In this document: positions 19,493 to 26,914 of the stretch, one piece after another
Layout: each line of letters opens with the position of its first letter
How positions within the stretch are numbered: position 1 is the first letter of the stretch
NCBI GenBank assembly: GCA_041653135.1
Contig: JBAZGB010000001.1
Span: forward strand, 23,999 to 87,998
DNA length: 64,000 nt
Direction: 5' to 3'
DNA from: Eubacteriales bacterium
Lineage (GTDB): Bacteria > Bacillota > Desulfotomaculia > Desulfotomaculales > Nap2-2B
Made by a program: the position numbers and the translations under genes
Notes under the pieces: model-generated
What the model was told of the DNA's origin: nothing
The model's database searches: none
The model's input: the letters and a program-made list of their open reading frames with translations, nothing else

Positions 19493-20153
19493 TTTCTTTG
19501 GCCAACTCCTTGTCAAAAGAGATTAAATCATTCATCATTATTTTCTTGATACGGGTATCTTTGTAAAAGCGAAACATGGCTTGTCCATGGCAGTTCCGTA
19601 ACGGCTTTTCGCTTCCGCAAGGACAGGGGTGATGTCCGCGATACATCTGATTCTTGATGAAATGCATCAGTTTGTATGTCTCAACTTCATCTTTTGCCAT
19701 CAGAAAGTCCTGATAGGTCTGTATAATGCCCCATGAGCCGTGAGCGCGTTCACCAAAAGGAAAGATGCCGAAACGTTCATAATATTCATATGAAAAGTAA
19801 TATATCTCCACGAATTCGGACATCCACTCAACTAGGTTAAACCCGTCAATAAAACGAATGCGTATCTGGGAATCCGTTGCCAAGCAGAGCCTGCCGTTTG
19901 GATAATAGTGATGATAATCCTGCTTGATCTGTCGGTCAGTGTCAATGATAAAGGGAAGCTCGTCAGAACCTAAAGGAATGATAATATCTAGAATATATAT
20001 CTTCCGCATAGTGAAATCATTATAAGTCCTAAAAACCAAGATGCGACCATGCAAACGTACCATCTGGGAATCAGATTGCACAATTGCCAGATCAGGATAT
20101 TCATGCAACATCTGTGTAATCTGCAGCGTAACGGTCTCTACGGTAAAAATCAT
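19458..20153 (-). CDS. E2/UBC-like protein with C-terminal SEC-C zinc-binding motif
   Basis: DYHHYYPNGRLCLATD resembles the E2 HPN...G-x-I-C-L active-site loop. C-terminal CPCGSEKPLRNCHG matches the SecA-type SEC-C motif. The ATG at 20151-20153 overlaps the upstream stop codon (ATGA). Confidence 0.6.
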   Translation of the reverse strand: MIFTVETVTLQITQMLHEYPDLAIVQSDSQMVRLHGRILVFRTYNDFTMRKIYILDIIIPLGSDELPFIIDTDRQIKQDYHHYYPNGRLCLATDSQIRIRFIDGFNLVEWMSEFVEIYYFSYEYYERFGIFPFGERAHGSWGIIQTYQDFLMAKDEVETYKLMHFIKNQMYRGHHPCPCGSEKPLRNCHGQAMFRFYKDTRIKKIMMNDLISFDKELAKENERELYRKKAK

Positions 20154-21364
20154 TGTGCACTCCACGGTTTGGCAGGGATGACAGGTGAAACAGGCTTGGG
20201 CGCAACCTTGTTGTATTTCGTTCCCCAAACGCTCGCCACAGCTTTCTGTCCAAACGCAGTCTCAGCTCTTGCCCGGAAGTCCTCATCGCTCATCTTAAGA
20301 GAATCGATCAAATCCTGCCGCACTGCCTTTGACCATGCGAAGAAATGAGTCGGGATAGAAGCATCAAGGTTCCACTGATCGGCGAGATTATCTTCGGGGT
20401 TTGCCGGGTTTTCGATGACCCACTTGCCACTTTTTCTGCCAATTACATTTTTGCCCTGATAGCGTTCAGCGAATCTTTCCTCTGTGAGGGTTTGATACTC
20501 GGCATATGTAGCAAACTCGTTCAGCACATAATTCAAGAGGTCAAAGACGGAAATGCTCGCTGAAGCAGATGACGAGATGCGGGTAACAATGGTATTGATA
20601 ATGGCAGAGATCGGCTTAATATCATCGCCGTTATTAAACTTGCTGTAGTACATATTCCGATGATACTTCAATATCTGGATTACCCGCTGCATAGCAGAAC
20701 GGTCGAGTTCTTCTGGAATTTCTTCCACAGAAGCATACGCCGACCGGTTTTCCTCAAACAACATCTGGCGATACTGCATCCGGCTAGCGGCCAGGAAGGG
20801 GGCATTGATGTCCTCAAACCATGTGCGATATCCCTTAGGGTTATTCGTGATCCAGTTATAGTTCTTCTCACAGTGCTTCGGAATAGCAATTGCAGTGTTG
20901 ATCAAGCCGGGATTTTTGCTCTTCGAGCGCAGCCGCATTTTATTCTCTTCATTTTCATCAGCGGCAGGGACAATATCAATGGAAAAACCTATGCTGCCTA
21001 CATCTGCATACTCGATGGTGATACACTCATCATTGATGGTCAGCTTACCACCGTAAAGATCGCTACTGGTAAAAATGTCTTCAACCTTCTTCCGTAACTC
21101 TGCAGCGGTGAGGTCGTTACATGTGATTCTGAGCTGGCAAACAAAATCCAGGTCATACGCGGCATTGGGATCTTTTGCATTTGGTCGAACGACAGTGCCG
21201 AGGGCAAAAGAGCCCTGTGGATATATATTTGCTTCGATTCCATTATTCCCCAGGTATTCTGCAATGCTTGTATACTTAGTTACGGCGTTCTTGTACATAG
21301 TAGGTGTAATATCTAGCTGGGATATGATTTTAAGAATGTCCCGCTGTCGGTCATAAGTGCTCAT
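20150..21364 (-). CDS. CD-NTase/SMODS-like nucleotidyltransferase (cGAS/DncV-like)
   Basis: Pol-beta NTase motifs GSFALGT (G51-S52), YDLDF (D71, D73), and third acidic D130 in FSIDIVPA. The downstream IPKHCEKNYNWITNNPKGYRTWF resembles the CD-NTase core. Confidence 0.7.
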   Translation of the reverse strand: MSTYDRQRDILKIISQLDITPTMYKNAVTKYTSIAEYLGNNGIEANIYPQGSFALGTVVRPNAKDPNAAYDLDFVCQLRITCNDLTAAELRKKVEDIFTSSDLYGGKLTINDECITIEYADVGSIGFSIDIVPAADENEENKMRLRSKSKNPGLINTAIAIPKHCEKNYNWITNNPKGYRTWFEDINAPFLAASRMQYRQMLFEENRSAYASVEEIPEELDRSAMQRVIQILKYHRNMYYSKFNNGDDIKPISAIINTIVTRISSSASASISVFDLLNYVLNEFATYAEYQTLTEERFAERYQGKNVIGRKSGKWVIENPANPEDNLADQWNLDASIPTHFFAWSKAVRQDLIDSLKMSDEDFRARAETAFGQKAVASVWGTKYNKVAPKPVSPVIPAKPWSAQ

Positions 21365-21427
21365 ATGCTTTCCTCTCTTTCATTAATCGGTTTATTAAAA
21401 ATATGTAAGATCATAAGGCGCCTCCGA

Positions 21428-21478
21428 AGTAATAATGGCTTAGCACTCGACACCCATGAGTGCTAAGCCATTATTACT
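21428..21478. promoter_or_regulatory. perfect 20-21 bp inverted repeat (9-nt spacer) overlapping the -10/+1 of the NTase operon promoter
   Basis: GTAATAATGGCTTAGCACTC (21429-21448) / GAGTGCTAAGCCATTATTAC (21458-21477), plus an A/T pair at 21428/21478. Confidence 0.85.
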
Positions 21479-21504
21479 ATATCATGCCAGACATGCCCCG
21501 TCAA
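21476..21504 (-). promoter_or_regulatory. putative sigma-A-type promoter of the NTase-E2-4TM operon
   Basis: Minus strand reads TTGACG (21504-21499) - 17 nt - TATAGT (21481-21476). Confidence 0.45.
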
Positions 21505-21576
21505 GATAATAATTTGGGATTATGAGATATTATCACATAATTAATTAGGATAATGGAAATATCCCAATGATTTAAA

Positions 21577-21605
21577 TTGACAAGCGTGATATTATCGTTT
21601 ATATT
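21577..21605 (+). promoter_or_regulatory. putative sigma-A-type promoter of the ATPase gene
   Basis: TTGACA (21577-21582) - 17 nt - TATATT (21600-21605), about 30 nt upstream of the TTG start. Confidence 0.5.
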
Positions 21606-21634
21606 ATTAATATCGTCAATAAGGTGGTGTTACT

Positions 21635-22990
21635 TTGTTATCAGAATTTAAGGTCAGTAATTTTCTTTCTTTTGATGAGGAACAAACTTTTTCCATGGAA
21701 GCCGGAAAAGTACGTAGTAAGATTGACAGAGTATATTTAGAAGGTAATTTTAAGCTTCTTAAATTTATGGCGATATACGGGGCCAACGCCTCTGGAAAAT
21801 CAAATTTAGTAAGTGCTTTTGATTTTGCTCAAACCGTTATTGCAAGAGGAATCCCTACAAGTTGCAACAATTGCTATTGTCGTTTGCAAGATGATAATAA
21901 AAATAAACCCTCCCATTTCGAATTTACAATCAAAGTAGGCAACGATAAATATGTTTATGGCTTTGACCTTTTATTAAGTTCTGCTAGTTTTGTGACAGAG
22001 TATTTAAAGCAAATGCGGTATGGTACAGTTTACAAAACGATTTTCCATAGAGATATTTCTATGGAAAAATATGAAGTGGATTCTTATTTTAAAGATGCTG
22101 CTATTAATGAGCGTCTGAAAATATATGCAGAAGATGTAAAAAAAGATAGCTCCATTCTTTTTTTACGACTGATGAATCAAAACAAGGATTCACTGTATGC
22201 TAACGATTCAGTCATAAAGATATATAAACTCGTATATAATTGGTTTAAATACAAATTAAGCGTAAACTATCCTGATAGACCGATAACTAATTATTCATAT
22301 TTGATGGATAGTGAAAGTGTTAATCAGATTGGTAAGCTATTATCCTCTTTTGGCACAGGTGTTTCTGAATTTGTTATCGCGGATGTCGCATTGGAAAAAG
22401 TAACTGCCAACGTGCCCAAAGATCTAATGCAGGATATTATTGATAATCTCAATGAACAAAACAAGCTTTATAAAGAAAAGGGTATTAATTATGCTCCTGC
22501 AGTTATGCTTCGTTCAGCCGGAGATAATTTGATGTTTATTATTGAACTTGAAGGCGATAAAATACAGTGCAAAACATTAGAGTTTAAGCACGAAAGAACT
22601 AACGCGGTTTTTTCTTTGGAAGAGGAATCAGATGGAACAATTCGTTTATTGGATTTAATTGAGGTGCTTCTTAGTAAGGATAATGAGCGCATTTATATAA
22701 TTGACGAAATTAATAGACGTTTTCATCCACTACTTACGTATAAGTTTATTGAAGAATATCTGAAATTAGCATCTACACGCAATATCCAGTTAATTGTTAC
22801 TACGCATGAATCAAAATTGATGGATTTTAATCTGCTTCGTAAGGATGAGATTGGATTTATTGATAAAGATGAAAATGGAAGATCAACTATTTTTTCTTTA
22901 GATACCTTCAATGAGCGTTTTGATAAAAAAGTGTGTAAAGCTTATTTTGAAGGTAATTACGGTGCTATTCCCAGGTTTAAAATATTGTAA
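21635..22990 (+). CDS. ABC/AAA_21-type ATPase (abortive-infection-like), no partner gene
   Basis: Walker A GANASGKSN, signature-like ESDGTIRLL, Walker B IYIIDEINRRFHP, VTTHE. TTG start after AAGGTGGTG. Visibly AT-rich. Confidence 0.8.
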   Translation: MLSEFKVSNFLSFDEEQTFSMEAGKVRSKIDRVYLEGNFKLLKFMAIYGANASGKSNLVSAFDFAQTVIARGIPTSCNNCYCRLQDDNKNKPSHFEFTIKVGNDKYVYGFDLLLSSASFVTEYLKQMRYGTVYKTIFHRDISMEKYEVDSYFKDAAINERLKIYAEDVKKDSSILFLRLMNQNKDSLYANDSVIKIYKLVYNWFKYKLSVNYPDRPITNYSYLMDSESVNQIGKLLSSFGTGVSEFVIADVALEKVTANVPKDLMQDIIDNLNEQNKLYKEKGINYAPAVMLRSAGDNLMFIIELEGDKIQCKTLEFKHERTNAVFSLEEESDGTIRLLDLIEVLLSKDNERIYIIDEINRRFHPLLTYKFIEEYLKLASTRNIQLIVTTHESKLMDFNLLRKDEIGFIDKDENGRSTIFSLDTFNERFDKKVCKAYFEGNYGAIPRFKIL

Positions 22991-23165
22991 TATTTAGGTC
23001 ACGCAAGCACAATTATCCTGTAATCACAACAAAATACTGTCGCAAAACGACTTAATAACGGCTCATGTTCAGCCGATTTTTATGTCTATTCCATATCAAA
23101 AAGCCAAGGCCCATTCTTTTTGCATGTATAGAAGCATGGGCCTCAGTGTATTCAGGGAGGTTTTT

Positions 23166-23464
23166 ATGGAAAAAATTACGCGGAAAACAGTCTATTGGAA
23201 GAATCCACAGTCTATCAAATCATGAATAAGACCCGTCCCGGCTTTTAAAAGATGATTGAGGCAATTGAAAATCGTCAAGCATCGGCTGTTTTATTCAAGG
23301 ACATGTCACGCTTAGGCAAAAATTACAAGATTGGCAGGCTGATTGAGGAGTTTTTTCCAGAGCATAATATACGGCTTCTCGTAGTATCGAACTATATTTA
23401 TACCGATGAAGGAGAGAATGAGTTGGCTTTAATTCGAAATTCGTTCAATAAAAGAACTGAGTAG
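23166..23464 (+). pseudogene. decayed serine recombinase (resolvase-domain fragment)
   Basis: ...TRPGF-stop-KMIEAIENRQASAVLFKDMSRLGKNYKIGRLIEEFFPEHNIRLL matches the resolvase N-terminal domain core. It has an in-frame TAA, an upstream frame change, and no catalytic-Ser region or C-terminal domains. Confidence 0.7.
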
Positions 23465-23500
23465 TGATACAGCTTTCAAATGCTATATCACCACTCGGCA

Positions 23501-23579
23501 TGGTCGGGGCGACAGGACTTGAACCTGCGGACCTCACGGTCCCGAACCGTGCGCTCTAGCCAAACTGAGCTACGCCCCG
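23501..23579 (-). tRNA. tRNA-Pro (anticodon CGG), CCA encoded
   Basis: Reverse complement is CGGGGCGTAGCTCAGTTTGGCTAGAGCGCACGGTTCGGGACCGTGAGGTCCGCAGGTTCAAGTCCTGTCGCCCCGACCA. It folds as a cloverleaf with anticodon loop TTCGGGA and G37. Confidence 0.9.
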
Positions 23580-23685
23580 TTAAAAAGCCAACAATGTAAT
23601 TTTCACACAAAACCCGGAAGAAGTCAACGCCAATGTAAGTTGTGGTATAATAATACCAATCAGGAAACCGGCAGGGAGATTAAAT

Positions 23686-25461
23686 ATGCCATTCGACGGT
23701 TTTGTGCTTGCCGCGATACGACATGAACTGGAAGATAAGATAATTGGAAGCAGGGTTGATCGGGTCTATCAGCCTTCTAAGGACACCGTAGCTTTAAATT
23801 TGCATCGCGCAAAGGAAAAGATGCGTCTGCTGCTTTGTGTTCATCCTTCTTTTGCGCGTATACACTTGTTTAAGCAGCCAAAGGAGAACCCGGCTTCCCC
23901 ACCTTCTTTCTGCATGGCCCTTAGAAAGCATTTGGAAGGCGGCCGTATAAAAAATATAATTCAACCAGGACTGGAACGAATTATTTCACTTGAGATAGAG
24001 TCGCAAAACGAAATAGGCCAGGCAGTGACAAAACACCTGATCTGCGAAATTATGGGAAAACACAGCAATATAATTCTTGTTGAGGTTCAAAGCAGAAAAA
24101 TAACCGACGCTATTAAAAAATACTCCCACGTATTGAGCCGGCACAGGGAAGTGCTGCCGGGGCGTGTATACATATCCCCGCCGGCACAGGAAAAACTGGA
24201 TACGATTCATATGACCGAGAAAGATCTGTTCGAATCTTTATTGAAAAGACCCTTGGACGACCTTTTAGTCAAGTGCCTGCAAAACTGTCTGGAGGGATTC
24301 AGCACTGTTCTGGCCAATGAAATACTTTACCGTACAGGGCTTCCTGCGGAACTTACATTAAACGAGTGCGGAGAGTATGAGCTTAATAAAATATGGGCCG
24401 CCCTTCAGGAAATAATAATCCCGGCAAGACAGAATTCTTTTCAACCGACACTTGTCTTCAACGGGCAGGGAAAACCAATAGAATTCAGCGCGTTTGACCT
24501 GACTTGTTTTGGAGAACGATTGAGAAAAAAAGGTTCGATGAACGATCTTGTGGAACAGTTTTACAACCAGCAGGAAGAAAGTTCAAAACGCGAGAAAGAA
24601 AGAAGCTATCTTCTTAAAACAGTGCTTAAACAGGCCGGGAACCTTTTGAAAAAGCTGGAGATCCAGCGCAAATACCTTGGACAGGAAGAAAAAACAGAGC
24701 AGCTAAGGATATCCGGGGAATTGATTATGGCTAACATCCATCAAATGAGCAGAGGATCTGTAAAAGTTAGCCTGGATAACTTTTATGATGTATCCGGTTC
24801 AAAGGCAGATATTGATCTCAACCCCGAATTGGGACCCGTTGAAAATGCCCAGGCGTATTTTAAGAAATATGGCAAAGCTAAAAGGGCTTCCAAAACAGCT
24901 GTTCTGATAGAAGAACAAACTATAAAAGAGCTTAATTACCTTGCCGGCGTCGAAACAAATCTAAATATGGCCACTGTCGATCAGGAGATATCCGAGATAA
25001 AAGATGAATTAAACAGGCAGGGATATCTTAAAGATTCCGGCCCCCGCAGGGTCAAAACTGTTCAGAAAACGCCGCAGCCAATGGTCTTCAAACTTTCCGA
25101 AGGTTTTACGGCGCTCGTCGGCAAGACCAACCGCCAAAACGACTACCTGGTTACACATCTGGCCAAAGATAATGACATCTGGCTTCATGTAAAGGATTAT
25201 CCCGGAGCGCATGTGATAATCAGAATGGAAAAGAGTTTGTCTGAAACACCGGCGAGTGTTTTACTGGAAGCTGCCTGCCTGGCGGCGTATTTCAGCAAAG
25301 CCAGGCAAAATAAAAACGTTCCCGTAGATTATACTTTGCGTAAGAATGTAAATAAACCCCCTGGCGCAAAGCCGGGTTTTGTTACTTATACCAGCCAACG
25401 AACGATAAATGCAAATCCGGATGAAGAGACAATACTCAAAATGGCCGGAAATAATTTATAA
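23686..25461 (+). CDS. rqcH: ribosome quality control protein RqcH (NFACT / FbpA family)
   Basis: MPFDGFVLAAIRHEL...VDRVYQP N-terminus and C-terminal DIWLHVKDYPGAHVII (NFACT-R). Confidence 0.9.
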   Translation: MPFDGFVLAAIRHELEDKIIGSRVDRVYQPSKDTVALNLHRAKEKMRLLLCVHPSFARIHLFKQPKENPASPPSFCMALRKHLEGGRIKNIIQPGLERIISLEIESQNEIGQAVTKHLICEIMGKHSNIILVEVQSRKITDAIKKYSHVLSRHREVLPGRVYISPPAQEKLDTIHMTEKDLFESLLKRPLDDLLVKCLQNCLEGFSTVLANEILYRTGLPAELTLNECGEYELNKIWAALQEIIIPARQNSFQPTLVFNGQGKPIEFSAFDLTCFGERLRKKGSMNDLVEQFYNQQEESSKREKERSYLLKTVLKQAGNLLKKLEIQRKYLGQEEKTEQLRISGELIMANIHQMSRGSVKVSLDNFYDVSGSKADIDLNPELGPVENAQAYFKKYGKAKRASKTAVLIEEQTIKELNYLAGVETNLNMATVDQEISEIKDELNRQGYLKDSGPRRVKTVQKTPQPMVFKLSEGFTALVGKTNRQNDYLVTHLAKDNDIWLHVKDYPGAHVIIRMEKSLSETPASVLLEAACLAAYFSKARQNKNVPVDYTLRKNVNKPPGAKPGFVTYTSQRTINANPDEETILKMAGNNL

Positions 25462-25463
25462 AG

Positions 25464-26297
25464 GTGTTCAAAGTGGAGGTTTTTGCGTTAACAGGTCCCA
25501 GCGGGACTGGAAAAAGCCACCGGGCAATAGCGCTTGCTCACGAATTGGATGCAGATCTAATTATTGATGACGGCCTGGTTATAAAGGGAACTCAAATACT
25601 CGCAGGTTCATCCGCAAAAAGGCAGCCTACCAGGATAGGCGCCATAAAGACGGCGCTTTTTCTTGATAAAAACGAGGCGGAACTGGCCAGGTCAGCAATT
25701 TTAGAATTCGTTCCACAAAGAGTGCTGATTCTGGCAACATCCACACGGATGGCTGAAAGAATAAGAATCAATCTCAAGCTGGATTCTTTTAGCAGGGTTA
25801 TTTCCATAGAAGAAGTGGCGTCGCCTAAAGAAATCCGCAAAGCCAGGATGCTTCGCAAGCAGCACAGCAAACATGTGATTCCCGCTCCCACAGTGGAGGT
25901 TCAAAAAACTTTTCCGGATTCATTAATTGATCCTCTGCAAGTCTTTCTAAGGCGCAAAAGCACACCTGAAATAAAAAGCTGGTCGGAGCAATCAGTTGTG
26001 CGGCCTTCCTTTACAGGTTATGGTAAAATTTCTGTTTCTCACAGCGCATTAATTTCCATTATCACCAGGGCAGCCGAAGAAATTGAAGGCGTTAGGAAAA
26101 CCGGCAGAGTGCATATTACCCGTTTGGGACAGGACGTTGTTCTGGATATGTTTCCGACAATAATTCATGGTTACAACTTAAAAACAGTAAGTTATAAGAT
26201 GCAGCATGCGGTCAAGAAACGCGTTGAAGATATGACAGGTCTGACTGTCAAGGCTGTAAACGTTTTGGTTAAAGATTTGAGTTTTAAATCAGATTAG
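25464..26297 (+). CDS. P-loop (HPr-kinase-like) domain fused to an Asp23/Gls24-like domain
   Basis: LTGPSGTGKSHRAIALAHELDADLIIDDGLVI resembles the HprK P-loop region. The C-terminal half (ISVSHSALISIITRAAEEIEGV...VKAVNVLVKDL) resembles Asp23. The start could instead be GTG 25473. Confidence 0.55.
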   Translation: MFKVEVFALTGPSGTGKSHRAIALAHELDADLIIDDGLVIKGTQILAGSSAKRQPTRIGAIKTALFLDKNEAELARSAILEFVPQRVLILATSTRMAERIRINLKLDSFSRVISIEEVASPKEIRKARMLRKQHSKHVIPAPTVEVQKTFPDSLIDPLQVFLRRKSTPEIKSWSEQSVVRPSFTGYGKISVSHSALISIITRAAEEIEGVRKTGRVHITRLGQDVVLDMFPTIIHGYNLKTVSYKMQHAVKKRVEDMTGLTVKAVNVLVKDLSFKSD

Positions 26298-26894
26298 CTT
26301 ATTTTGGATTATGTCAAGCAGTATTTTATATGCTCCGGCTAGTGCACGCGCCCGGTGGCTGATCCTGTTTTTCACAGCCGGATCGAGTTCGGCAAAAGTT
26401 TTCTCGAATTCGGGCACATAAAAAAGAGAGTCATAACCGAATCCTCCGGCGCCTTTTTGTTCAAAGGCGATCAATCCCCGGCAGCTGCCCTCGGCGGTAA
26501 ATATCTTGCCGGAAGGGGTGGCAATTGCCACAACACAAAAAAAACGCGCCTTGCGTTCTTCCCGGGGAACGTTCTCCAATAATTGTAGAAGTTTCATGTT
26601 GTTGGTGATGTCATCGCTTTTTTCTCCGGCAAAACGCGCTGAATATATACCGGGAGCGCCGTTCAGATAATCTACCTCTAATCCTGAGTCGTCGCTCATT
26701 GCCAGGCAGCCGGTTGCCGAAGCTATGGTTTTGGCCTTCTTTACGGCATTCTCGGCAAATGTAGTTCCATCCTCAACAATCTCGGGCAATTCGGGATATA
26801 AAGACAGGGAAACCACCTCAAGATCAAGCGGGCTCAGCAATGCAACAAGTTCTTTAATTTTCCCCTGGTTGCGGGTTGCCAGAATTAACTTCAT
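26289..26894 (-). CDS. rdgB: non-canonical purine NTP pyrophosphatase (RdgB/HAM1)
   Basis: MKLILATRNQGKIKE ... FGYDSLFYVPE ... SHRARA. Confidence 0.92.
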   Translation of the reverse strand: MKLILATRNQGKIKELVALLSPLDLEVVSLSLYPELPEIVEDGTTFAENAVKKAKTIASATGCLAMSDDSGLEVDYLNGAPGIYSARFAGEKSDDITNNMKLLQLLENVPREERKARFFCVVAIATPSGKIFTAEGSCRGLIAFEQKGAGGFGYDSLFYVPEFEKTFAELDPAVKNRISHRARALAGAYKILLDIIQNKLI

Positions 26895-26914
26895 TTCGTC
26901 ATCCTTTAACTAAT

